The notes under the pieces: generated by a model
What the model saw: the letters and a program-made list of their open reading frames with translations, nothing else
Database searches by the model: none
What the model was told of the DNA's origin: nothing
Program-made: the position numbers and the translations under genes
Shown: one piece after another, positions 14,230 to 26,030 of the stretch
Position numbering within the stretch: the stretch's first letter is position 1
How the letters are laid out: each line of letters opens with the position of its first letter
NCBI RefSeq assembly: GCF_006345805.1
Contig: NC_043015.1
Span: forward strand, 32,302,001 to 32,366,000
Source of the DNA: Octopus sinensis
Lineage: Eukaryota
DNA length: 64,000 bases
Direction of reading: 5' to 3'

Positions 14230-14483
14230 ATGATTTCAAATTTTGGCACAGGAACAGCAGGTTTTTTTTGGGCGGTGGGGTGGGTGGGGTCGAAGGGGGA
14301 TAAGTCGTTTAGATTGAGACCACCCCCCTCAGTATTCAACTGGTACTTTGTTTTGCCGATTCGGAAAGGATGAAAGACAAAAGTCGACCTCGGCAGCATT
14401 TGAACTCAGAACTTAAAAGACGGACGAAACGCCGCTAAGCAAAAGGCCCGGCGCGGTGACAATTCTACCAGCTCGTCACCTTC
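14230..14483 (-). mobile_element. tRNA-derived SINE group A (diverged)
   Basis: Contains GAAAGGATGAAAGACAAAAGTCGACCTCGGCAGCATTTGAACTCAGAAC, the reverse complement of the B-box region of the 42625-42855 copy. Confidence 0.8.
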
Positions 14484-15033
14484 ACTACTACTACTACTAC
14501 TACTATACTACTACTACTACTACTACTACTCTACTACTACTACTACTACTACTATGAATTTTATGAGTAAAAGTCATAAACGTAAAAGAATGGCTCAAAT
14601 CCTTTGTGCTAAAATCAGAAGCAAAAGATTTCTGGGGGTGTTGGTCACAAAAGGCGTATGAAACTATTGAAAACATGACAATATATTCGCTGTATCATCA
14701 GCATCACTCAGACCAAAGGATGATGTATGTTATATCTCGCTGGTAACAATGCTCACCCGTTTCATTCTTGGTTGTATTCTTCTTTTCCATCTTAGTCCAA
14801 ATCGTTTAACTAATTCGCCTTTCCATCGTCGAGGGTAATGTATTTATATTAGGGATAAAACGAAACACAATAAACAACGCTTATATATTTGTTTTGCAAG
14901 ATTCTTCTTGTAAAATCGTGTGTTGAAACAGATATTGTAATACTTGTGATTGGTTATATTTTGCCAATTTAACATGTACTATATATTTGCTCTTCACTTC
15001 AGCTTTATCTATACTATATATGGTCATATTTTG

Positions 15034-15045
15034 TACATTTTATTC

Positions 15046-15115
<70 letters not shown>

Positions 15116-15240
15116 TTATTTTAGTTTCTTTTTCAAAGCCCTTTCGTCACACATCCTGTGACCTCTTCAGCGGCGTGGGATACAGAATCGTTGAAAAGGT
15201 CACAAGATGTGTGACGAAAGAGCTTTGACAAAGAAAGTAA

Positions 15241-15295
<55 letters not shown>

Positions 15296-15305
15296 GAATA
15301 AAGTA
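15034..15305. repeat. Imperfect inverted repeat (foldback): ~50-bp unique stem extended by (TAT)n/(ATA)n arms, 16-nt loop
   Basis: TTTCTTTTTCAAAGCCCTTTCGTCACACATCCTGTGACCTCTTCAGCG (ends 15172) is nearly the reverse complement of CGTTGAAAAGGTCACAAGATGTGTGACGAAAGAGCTTTGACAAAGAAAG (starts 15189). Confidence 0.9.
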
Positions 15306-15673
15306 AGCAAAATATTATCATGCAGCATAGATACAGAATAAAAGTTTTGGGTAATTTGAAATGTAACGAATGGTATACCTCTTTTGATAAATATACAAAT
15401 TTAAGCTTGAATTAAAAAGGAAAGACCCCCAAAACAAAGTGGTTACATAGAGGGATTTTCTTTTTTTAAGTCTACTCTGCATAAGAAAATGCAGAAAGAT
15501 AAAACATTTCATTATATAGCTACAAGCAACTAATGTATCTGTGAACAATGGATGGGTATTTTTCTTCTTCTGATCAAAGAATACGAGAAATTAACAACGA
15601 GCGCTCCTTCGTACGTTTTCTGCCCCGAAGCGATAAAATCATGCAATGGCGTATATATATATAGATATATATA

Positions 15674-15733
<60 letters not shown>

Positions 15734-15737
15734 GATA

Positions 15738-15788
15738 TTATTTATCTAGTTTCAGCTCACGAGCTGTGGCCATGCTGGGGCACCGCCA
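15738..15788 (-). mobile_element. LINE/SINE-type 3' tail fused to the 5S copy
   Basis: GGCGGTGCCCCAGCATGGCCACAGCTCGTGAGCTGAAACTAGA is similar to the group B SINE tail (GGCGGTGCTCCAGCATGGCCACAGTC...CTGAAAC) and to 52597-52638. Confidence 0.75.
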
Positions 15789-15795
15789 TTTTTTT

Positions 15796-15912
15796 ATGCT
15801 TACAGCACCTAGGTTTCCCAAGCGGTCACCCATCTAAGTACTAACTAGGCTCGATGTTGCTTAACTTCGGTGATCAGACGAGAACCGGTGCTTTCAACGT
15901 GATATGTCCGTA
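15796..15912 (-). pseudogene. 5S rRNA: 5S rRNA retrocopy (pseudogene or SINE3-like head), near full length
   Basis: Minus strand TACGGACATATCACGTTGAAAGCACCGGTTCTCGTCTGATCACCGAAGTTAAGCAACATCGAGCCTAGTTAGTACTTAGATGGGTGACCGCTTGGGAAACCTAGGTGCTGTAAGCAT (117 nt) is metazoan 5S with box A and box C. It lacks the first ~3 nt, carries several substitutions, and is followed by A7 rather than a T-run terminator. Confidence 0.92.
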
Positions 15913-17615
15913 TATATTTATGTATATATGTATGATATGTATGTATATATTTAAAATTTAAAATAGGATAAAATCTTTATAAGAATTTATAAAGTAGTCA
16001 GCGTGAAAAACCTCATAAGAGAAAAATTATAATTATTCCCTTTAAAGATACTTATTTATATTAATGCCCTTAGCATAAATAAAGACACACAGACATATAT
16101 GTCTATATATATATATGTTTCTGTCTATCTGTGCAAGCCTACACGCATATGCACACACACATAATTATATGGGGGTCTTAGGGTAGGAATGCCAATATTA
16201 AGGAGGTTAAAGCCAGTCTATTGCACAGTGTCTCTGCAACTGGCTGAGGCACAAATCACAGGTTAATACTGCAGTAAGAAACAACACCTCCACCACACAC
16301 ATATACACGCCATAATAAACCATTTAGTTATCTCCCCTTATACCGGAGACCTGCTTCAGAATATAATATCGATTTGAAAAAGAATAAAAGAATGATTTAT
16401 CCATTCAAAGCATCTGGGGACCGGATGATGGTAGAAGCATTCATATTGGCAACAGAGTAAGTCTATCTCACATGACCAATAGGAAAACGTAGTACATAAC
16501 GAGTTTCTACATAGTTTCAAATCGAATCTTCCCTCAAGGGTTTTGTGTTCACACGGAATGTAACCGCCGTATAATGAAAGACGCTTGGGCATGTTACACA
16601 TACTGCAATTTCAGTATTGTATATTCAGGAAAGAACAGTTTTGATTGCATTAAAGCGTGTGATGTAGGCCTAACTTCGCATATAAGGTGTGCGGTGATTT
16701 ATTTTTTGGGGACATTTGATTGGAAAAATGTACATCTTATAAGCCATCAAATATAGTATGCTAAGACAGAAAACAGTTTCGAACACGGAAAGAATGATCA
16801 CAATGCAAACATCTGAACAACAAGACCGTAGCGACACCTATAGACCAATGATTCAATATATCGATCTAACATTCTATCAATAATAATAAGTAAAAAGAAA
16901 AAAAAGCCTTTCTTTTATTCTCTGAGCCCGTCAACCCATCTTGAAAATGAATCAGAACAACAGAGAGGTTAAGATAGAATCTAATAATTTATTATAAAAC
17001 ATCTACGTAACTTATTCAATGAAAAAATCAAAGGGACGAAACTAGAATGGAAACCATTTAACAGAGGGTAATGTTGTTGGGTTGTTGGTGTAATTAAGTG
17101 AGAGTGGAAAAAGTAGGAATAATTAACTAAATTAGATTGCCATGGGTGAACGTTATTCCCGGTTGCTCCCTAATTAAGCTTCATGTATGATTAAAGATCA
17201 TCTTTTAAATTGGATTCAAAATGGCATTTTTGCTTCTTTTTACTTTTAATTATCTTCGAGTGATCTTTACAAATGAAATGCAAATGTGAGACATTGTTGA
17301 TGATGAAACACACACAAGCACATAGACACACAGAAAAAAAGTACAAACTCACACATACAAAAGAGACACGCACGTACAAACCCCCCCCCCATAAAAACCA
17401 CAAACATATATGTATACATGGATACGTACATACTGATATACATTTACATACATATATATATACATACATACATACATGCACAAACATACACACTGATACA
17501 CACATGTGTGTTTTTATATATGTGTGTATATATATTCAAACTAACGTACAATTACTTATGTACAATCAAAAGTACACAAACTCACTCACCACATGGTCAA
17601 ATGCATACACACACA

Positions 17616-17665
<50 letters not shown>

Positions 17666-17687
17666 TATATATATACACATACATGCA

Positions 17688-17734
<47 letters not shown>

Positions 17735-18419
17735 TACTCACACTCACGCAGAACTGAATGTGAATTTATCTATGCATGTAAGTATGTATGTATGTATCTA
17801 TATAATTGCTACCCAATTGTTCTCATTGCAAAAAAAAAATAAATAATAATAATAATAAAAATGCATATCAATGGTCTCTCAAAGTGAAATATGCGCATGT
17901 TTAAAGCATAGAAATAGCTCTTTGTGAATTATGCGCATATTTAATGAACTGAAATCTTAAGGAAATAACAACAAAGCAAAAACCGTAAAGCTTATATGAA
18001 TAAACAAAGAAAAAAAATTGACTGAGGAAGGAAAAAGAAGAAGGACGATGTTCGACCATGGTTGCAAAAATTTACAAGAAGCGCCATCAAAACGTTGAAC
18101 TCACTCTTAATTGTTTTCACTTGGTCAGAATCGATAAGGAGTCTAACTGTGAACTGAACTGAACGGAACAGAAATGGTGGAGGAACTCTTCTAATTAGCC
18201 CTGTTCTCCTCTCTCGTTCTGTACCGCCATGTGACATTTCGTTCACATCGGTTTTCTATCAATGTGCGGAGAATGTTAACACTGTAGAATTAACGAGTGT
18301 TCCATTATCTTGCCGTGCCATTATCTTTCAAGCAGACTTCACTACACGATTACAAGAATCTGGTTAAGAAATGTACTGAACACAATACACCCTTGTAATT
18401 CTAATAGTAATCCTCTCTA

Positions 18420-18600
18420 CCAAACGAACAAGGCCTGAAAATTGTGGGGAGCGGATTAGCCGATTACATCGACGCCAGCGCTCAAGTGGTACTTATTTTA
18501 TCAACCCCTAAAGCGTGAAAGGCAAAGTCGACCTCGGCTAAATTTTAATTCAGGATGTAAAGCCGGATGAAATGTCGCTAAGCATTTTGCCCGGCGTACT
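18420..18600 (-). mobile_element. SINE group A (diverged)
   Basis: Contains GAAAGGCAAAGTCGACCTCGGC and GCTAAGCATTTTGCCCGGCG. Confidence 0.75.
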
Positions 18601-18639
18601 AATAAGATGATGATGATGACGATGATGTTGATGATAATC

Positions 18640-18980
18640 TTTCCAAGGTGTACTCCGATGTCACTTTCTGTGACATAATAATAATAGATGCAAATATGCC
18701 AGACATTATGCTGAAGGATCTCAGACAAAAATCGTACCTCCTCATCGATATGGCTGTCGCCATCGACGTAAGTGTATCTCTCAAGACCTACCAAAAACTG
18801 AGCAAATATAAAGATCTTGAAATAGGAATTTGCAATACCTCTTGTCATTGGCGCCCTAGGAATGATAGAAAAGGGGCTGGCTGTTCCCTATCTAAGATAC
18901 CAGGAAATTAAAAAACGGATGATATACAAAATGTACTGCCCATGAGAGCTGCTCAAATCCTACGAAAAATATTCATTTTG
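18640..18980 (+). pseudogene. Decayed C-terminal restriction-like endonuclease (RLE) domain of an R4/Dong-clade LINE
   Basis: Reads IDANMPDIMLKDLRQKSYLLIDMAVAIDVSVSLKTYQKLSKYKDLEI / IPLVIGALGMIEKG / SKIPGN*KTDDIQNVLPMRAAQILRKIF. This fits the PD..D(E)..K nuclease motif and the VIGALG...IPG...IQ....ILRK end typical of R4/Dong ORFs, with frameshifts. Confidence 0.88.
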
Positions 18981-18989
18981 ACTCTAGGT

Positions 18990-19540
18990 ACAAGGCTCGA
19001 AATTTTGGGGGGAGGGAGCCAGTCGATTAGATCGACCCCAGTACGTAATTTATCGATCCCGAAAGGATGAAAGTCAATTTCGACCTTGGCGGAGTTTGAA
19101 CTCAGAACTTAAAGACAAACAAAATGCCTATTTCTTTACTACCCACAAGGGGCTAAACACAGACGAACAAGGACAGACAAACGGATTAAGTCGACCATAT
19201 CGATCCCAGTGCGTAACTGGTACTTATTTAATCGACCCCGAAAGGATGAAAGGCAAAGTCGACCTCGGCAGAATTTGAACTCAGAACGTAACAGCAGACG
19301 AAATACTTATTTCTTTGCTACCCACAAGGGGCTAAACACAGAGAGGACAAACAAGGACAGACAAACGGATTAAATCGATTATATCGACCCCAGTGCGTAA
19401 CTGGTACTTAATTTATCGACCCCGAAAGGATGAAAGGCAAAGTCGACCTCGGCTGAATTGGAACTCAGAACGCAGCGGCAGGCGAGATACCGCTATGCAT
19501 TTCGCCCGGCGTGCTAATGATTCTGCCAGCTCACCGCCTC
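18990..19540 (-). mobile_element. SINE group A tandem multimer (about 3 units, ~180-bp period)
   Basis: ACCCACAAGG recurs at 19141 and 19320. Only the outermost unit carries the full head (19480-19540). Internal junction AAATAC/C(T)TATTTCTTT. Confidence 0.85.
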
Positions 19541-19878
19541 ATACAAAAAATATTGTCTATGTGATTCTCAAAACATAATTGCTAACATTATCAAAAGTCC
19601 TTTTAAATGTACATAATAGCAAACACCTTTTACTGTCATCTTAAGATCACACTATCATCTTATCAAATTAGTGTAACAACAAACTTTTAATTTTCTTATG
19701 TTTTCACAAACACTCTCCAGAACAATACACTGTGCAAAACCAAAAATATGACATCCTAGTCATAATACTGACTTGATCTCCTAACTTGTAGTCTCTTGAG
19801 GTCTCTAGGTGAGACTTGGAGTCATCTTGTACGACGAAATGTCGCTAAGTATTTTCCTCGGCATGCTAGCGATTCTGT

Positions 19879-20135
19879 GGAGGCGCATGGCTTAGTGGTT
19901 AGGGTGGCTTAGTGGTCAGAATCATGATCGTAAGATTGTAGTTTCGATTCCTGGACCGGGTGACCCGTTGTGTTCTTGAGCAAAACACTTCATTTCACGT
20001 TGCTCCAGTCCACTCAGCTGGCAAAAAATGAGTAACGCTGCAATGGACTGGCGTCCCGTCCAGCTGGGGAAACACACACGCCATTGAAACCGGGAAACCG
20101 GGCCCACGAGCCTGGCTAGGCTTTAAAAAAGTGCG
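19879..20135 (+). mobile_element. SINE group C inserted into a group A head, with a 13-bp target-site duplication
   Basis: GCTAGCGATTCTG (19865-19877) and GCTAACGATTCTG (20136-20148) flank the element. Confidence 0.85.
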
Positions 20136-20313
20136 CTAACGATTCTGCCAGCGCGCCGCTTTAACAACAACAACAGCAACAACAACAATTTTTACTCTTT
20201 CATTGTTAAGTGCAAACTAAATAGAAAATTCAACACGCTCTATACAGTAACACACACACACATACAAACGCACATACACACACACACACACAACACACAC
20301 ACACATACTATAT

Positions 20314-20344
<31 letters not shown>

Positions 20345-20599
20345 CTATATATAACACACACACAACATGATTTCACTTATCTGTAGCGTAATAAATAATG
20401 AGTTATCTGAACTCAGTCTACATATGCTTTAAAGTAAAGCGTTGGGGCGAGCGAGTGTAAACCGCCATAATTGATAATGGAATTATCTGCGAATGATCTT
20501 TACAAATGAAATGCAAATGTGAGAGATATCGGCGAAGAAACACACACGCAAACGCATACACACACACGACTACATTCTTCTGAGGCATCGTTACACACA

Positions 20600-21110
20600 C
20601 ACACATCGTTACACACACACACATGCATACATACATACATACACACATGCATACATACATACATACTACATACATACATACATACATACACACACACATA
20701 CATACACATACATGCATTCACACACCCATACATACATACGTACTTACATACATGCATACATACATACATACAGACAGACATATACATACATACATAATAC
20801 ATATATACATACATACACACACATGCATATACACACATATACATACATACATACGTACTTATATACATGCATGCAGGCATATATACATACATACATGCAA
20901 ACGTACATACATACGTACATACATGCATACATACATAGATACATACATACATACAGACATATACAAACATACATACATACATTCATACATACATACATGC
21001 ATGCATGCATACATACATACATACACACATACATAAAAACATATACACATATATACATACATACACTCATACATACATACGTACATGCATACATACATAC
21101 TTATAAACCT
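20600..21110. repeat. Degenerate (CATA)n tract
   Basis: Seen directly. Confidence 0.95.
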
Positions 21111-21316
21111 AAGTCCGTATGAATGAATGTATGTATGTATTCGAAATAATTTTTCAAAATGAACTCTGAAGTTTGCATTCAAAAATAATGTCGGTTCAAA
21201 TTTATTTGTGTATTCCATATTCAACGAGCAGACACTCTCATACATCCATACGCACGTGCGCGCACACACACAAGCATGCGAATACATACATTCATGCTCC
21301 TACGCATATCTTTCTT

Positions 21317-21375
<59 letters not shown>

Positions 21376-21394
21376 TATGTATGTATATATATAT

Positions 21395-21612
21395 ATGTTT
21401 GTGTGTCTGTGTTTGTCACCCCCCAACATCGCTTGACCACCGATGATGGTTTGTTTACGTCCCTGTAACTTAGCGGTTCGGCAAAAGAGACCGATAGAAT
21501 AAGTACTGGTCTTACAGAGAATAAGTCCTGGGGGGCGATTTGCTCGACTAAAGGCGGTGCTACAGCATGGTCACAGTCAAATGACTGAAACAAGTCAAAG
21601 AGTAAAGAGTAA
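21395..21612 (+). mobile_element. SINE group B, 3' half
   Basis: Contains CTTAGCGGTTCGGCAAAAGAGACCGATAGAATAAGTACT...TGACTGAAACAAG. Confidence 0.85.
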
Positions 21613-21725
21613 CGAGTATATACACATGCATGCATCTATATATACATACATATATATATACATAGGTTCGCACATATATACATACATCCACACACAGACA
21701 CACACAAACACACACACACACTCGC

Positions 21726-21771
<46 letters not shown>

Positions 21772-22022
21772 ATATATTTGCGCATACAAATGCATCACAA
21801 GAGGTACCCGGCGATGTCTGACTACTAACTTCACACATGCGTACACAGATACTTTTATCTATACGAATATTGTGCTAATACATACATACATACATACATA
21901 CATACATACATACATACAATCAGACATACATACATGCATGCATACATACATGCATACATATATACATACATACATACAATCAGACATACATACATACATG
22001 CATGCATACATACATACAATCA

Positions 22023-22122
22023 NNNNNNNNNNNNNNNNNNNNNNNNNNNNNNNNNNNNNNNNNNNNNNNNNNNNNNNNNNNNNNNNNNNNNNNNNNNNNN
22101 NNNNNNNNNNNNNNNNNNNNNN
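22023..22122. other. Assembly gap (100 N)
   Basis: Run of exactly 100 N next to a (CATA)n tract; true distance is unknown. Confidence 1.
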
Positions 22123-22524
22123 TTTTGTGATTGTTTATAATTTCTTTAACAACATTGAACTGATCTTTAGTATTTTAACCCGATTCTTTATGCTCCCAGG
22201 CACTTTGGTCCTGAATTCCACCTTCTCATTCAGCTCTAACCTTTCGCATTTAAACCATTTCCTACACCTGCCAAACCATCTAGAACTTTCAGATGAGTTG
22301 TTTTAGTTTGGTTCTTCAGTTTCGTTTTCTTTGGATTTTCTTTGGATTTTCTTTGGGCTGTAGGAAACATATTGACAGCCATTGTTTGACATGGAAACAG
22401 AAAAGAAACAAACAAGAAGAAAGAAAGAAAAACCCACTTGAATGGCGAAAATGCACATCTCATTGGAATTCTTGTATCAACATTAATAAAATGCGTTCAA
22501 TTTCCATCTCTGCAATTCATTTGT

Positions 22525-22695
22525 TTCTTCTTCTTCTTCTTCTTCTTCTTCTTCTTCTTCTTCTTCTTCTTCTTCTTCTTCTTCTTCTTCTTCTTCTTCT
22601 TCTTCTTCTTCTTCTTCTTCTTCTTCTTCTTCTTCTTCTTCTTCTTCTTCTTCTTCTTCTTCTTCTTCTTCTTCTTCTTCTTCTTCTTCTTCTTC
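22525..22695. repeat. Perfect (TTC)n, about 57 units
   Basis: Seen directly; source of the poly-L/F/K ORFs. Confidence 0.98.
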
Positions 22696-24917
22696 ATAAG
22701 AAATCCTATGACGAAGCAGTACTTGGTATTCTTTATAAGCCTTGAGTCCTGAATAACGTTACGGTTTCGTAGTCTAAGCCTGTTTCAACATTCATAGAAC
22801 CCCTTTCATGCTTACGAATTATTGCTAATCTTTCAACAATTCCCGAATGCTATAGGCCTCCTCTTCTTTTTCGCATTTTCATCGTTTGTTTCACCGGACC
22901 GGTACTCACTCACTGGAAGGAAATTGAAGAATTAGCATAATGGGAATAAAGCTGGATCGAAAAACCGTAGCCCCCGGATAAACCTTCGTTTATATATTGA
23001 TATAATATGCTGGAAAATTTACACAAACTATGTGTGTGTGTGTGTATGAGAGGAAGTCAAAAATTATCCGCACTTTCACTTTAATGTATCTTTATTGTCA
23101 CACTGCGGCGTTGTAAACTCTTTCTCACTCTTTGTTTATATATATATATGTATGTGTGTGTGTGTACTTGTGTGTGCGTGCGCGCATGTGTGTATGTGTA
23201 TGTATATATATATATATTTATATAATATATATATATATATATATATAAACAGCTAGGTGCAATATAATACTGTAAAGGAAAACTTTTACTTTATTATGAG
23301 TGAGGGTGCCGAAGCACCTATATTGCAAAAAAGAAGAGATTAAAACCCTCGTCGCTGTAAGAAACGTGCGGTATATATACACTAACAGGGAAGATAACCG
23401 CCCTATGAGCGTCTCTAGGATCGCTAGACTAGGCTACTTTCACCTATGAATTATATATATATATATAATAGACTCATCTTTCGATGTTTCGAGGAAAGGT
23501 CAATAGATCTTCTTCACACCACTTAAAAACTGATAGTCTGGTGACAAAGTTGGAGAGAATTGTTTATTGTTTATTATATGGACTATTTTTAACAGGTTGG
23601 AAGAACTCTACTGCTGAACACACATCCTCAACTTAGCCAAAATCATTTCAGAAAGGCTGGGTTTCCTTTCTGGAGATCCCAAACCAGAAAATACTGATGT
23701 TTTCACCAACTTTTAAACCTCTGCAATGCTCAGGTGAGACAAACATCAATTGGAACTTAATGCTTCCATGTTACGAAGTTTACAGAGATTAGAGGTTTAT
23801 TCTGCTCTGCGTTAGTAATATACCAGGAATATGTTTCAAAATGTTCAGTCGAAAAATTCTGAGCTCCCTGATGTTTTATAATTCAAGACGCCATTTTATT
23901 TTATCTTCTTATTCACTTATTGAAGTCTGAAAAGAGATTGATAATGATCTCCATACCATCCAATGGTATTTTGTTGTATTTTAGAAGAACCGTCTTTACC
24001 AATAATAAACGATTGGTAATATATCAGGAATAACGTTTGAAATTTGCAACGTTTGAAATTGATTTTTATTAAAGTTTGCAGTCAAAATATTATTTATTAT
24101 TTGTTTGAGATGAACTGGATAGAAATGTCGAGTGTTGTGTAGAAAGGAACAGAAGCTAACAAGACTAAAATGAAACTGAACAAAAACATAACAGTAAAGC
24201 AAACATTTTACTGATCCTAATCAGATAATCAGGAATAATTTAGAATATATATTTATTTCCATACAATCGTTTTCTGAATAAACCATGAATAATTACAGTT
24301 GAGAGATTGTTTCAAACTTATCGATCTGTTGTATGAGAAAATACACAGATTTTCACCAAGATATTCAAATGGGTTTGAATATACAAAGAAAGCAAAAGCG
24401 TTCAGTATGGGCCTTGGCGTAGGCTGGGGGTGTGTCTGTCTGTAACGAGACGGAGCTGGTGACAGAGTTTCAATTCCGGGTTAAATGTCTTTCACTTCAC
24501 TTTACAATTCTCTTGTAAGCAGCACCACCAATATTGCACCACACACTTTTAGAGATTCTCTTACAATACATGAATGCATATACATGAACATTTATAGACA
24601 GCATAGCTCCCCACACACATACACACATGCATATATACATACTTTTATATATACGCTAATATAGGAGAGTGAGAAGGAATGTTCAACTCTGCATTGGTGG
24701 AAAAATATTCTTTATTTGTGGGTTAACAAGGTTACAAATGTTTTCATGAAGAGAGAAATCTCTCAACAATTATCAAACTGACCACATGAGAATAGTGCTA
24801 CATCGTCCCCTATCTTCGTGTATCCATTCTCATCCAAGATGGAAACTTGGCAAGTTTGGTAATTGTTAAGAGATTTTACTTACTGGAACCCATTGGTAGC
24901 CTTTCTAATATATGTAA

Positions 24918-25075
24918 ACAGGCGTGGCTGTGTGGTATGTAGCCTGCTTACCAACAACATGGCTCAGGGTTCGGTCCCACTGCGTGGTATCTTGGGCAAG
25001 TGTCTTCTACTATAGTCTCGGGCCGACCATAGCTTCGTGAGTGGATTTGGTAGACGGAAGCTGAAAGAAACACGA
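24918..25075 (+). mobile_element. SINE group B, 5' half
   Basis: GGCGTGGCTGTGTGGTATGTAG...GGTTCGGTCCCACTGCGTGGTATCTTGGGCAAGTGTCTTC. The 3' half resumes briefly at ~25470-25510. Confidence 0.85.
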
Positions 25076-25089
25076 ATTATATATATATA

Positions 25090-25160
<71 letters not shown>

Positions 25161-25167
25161 ATATATA

Positions 25168-25316
25168 TATAAAATAATATGTTACAATTATTCAATAGTC
25201 AAGATAAAACTCTGAGTTTCAGATGCCGAACTGGAAAACCACAACACCATCTCTTCGTCATCTGAAACTCAGAGTTTTATCTTGACTATTGAATAATTGT
25301 AACATATTATTTTATA
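25168..25316. repeat. Perfect 58-bp inverted repeat with 33-nt spacer, part of a short element (to ~25385) embedded in (TA)n
   Basis: 25168-25225 is the exact reverse complement of 25259-25316. Confidence 0.95.
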
Positions 25317-25417
25317 GATAAATTTCCTCTATTTACATAATATTGAGGTCTCTTTCTTTCTTTTGTTATCTTACCGTTTTTACCAATATATATATATATA
25401 TATAATATATATATAAT

Positions 25418-25462
<45 letters not shown>

Positions 25463-25509
25463 TATATACGTGTGTGTGTGTGTGAGTTTGTCCCCCCACC
25501 ATCACTTGC

Positions 25510-26030
25510 CACTCTTCAGATGATAAACTTGTGCTATTAAAGATCTGGTGGTTGCCGCGCCTTCCACTTTCCCCTTTAGAACTTCTCTGAGACGTTCAAT
25601 TGAATGACGTCCGTTGAAATGCTGGGCCGCTCTATCAGCTCTACATTTATCTGTTTCAAAAATGCTGCAGTTACTCTAGCAGAAATCTTGGGTGTCATTG
25701 TCTAGCGTCCTGATCGAGACTCTTTAAAGTTGGAAACATTTTCTCCAGGATACTCCGGTGTTTACCAGTCGCCATTCACATATCGATAATTTTATATGAT
25801 CGGACCAAAGCGTCTTATTCGAGAATTACATGGCTTGGGTCTTAAGGGTTCTGGCGAACTTCAAATGGGCATATTTGTGCCATCCTTCAACAGTGGTTTA
25901 CGTCGTGAATGACGTCCATACAAGTTGATGAATAGAAAGCTCTGATACGTTGCAACCACTGGATTCAGCAGGAACCGGATTCATGCTTGGCAGTTTCCAA
26001 ACTTTCTCTATAATACTGTATTCCAGAAAC
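25510..26030 (-). pseudogene. Decayed Tc1-family transposase
   Basis: Minus strand reads NLYGRHSRRKPLLKD / HKYAHLKFART...KTLWSDHIKL, later DND/PKISARVTAAFLKQINVELIERPSISTD and KARQPPDL...EEW. These match Tc1 motifs GRxxRKKPLL, VLWSDE, QDNDPKH, WPSQSPDLN and EEW, with many stops and frameshifts. Confidence 0.85.

Noticed and set aside
15796-15912. Functional 5S rRNA gene
   Set aside because: 5' nucleotides missing, several substitutions, no oligo-T terminator, not in a tandem array.
21557-22306. 249-aa ORF
   Set aside because: Runs through a SINE tail, microsatellites and a 100-N gap.
23596-23715. Selenoprotein-like Cys-TGA read-through (LEELYC*THILNLAK...)
   Set aside because: No CxxU or thioredoxin context, no SECIS identified, and the frame stops again soon after.
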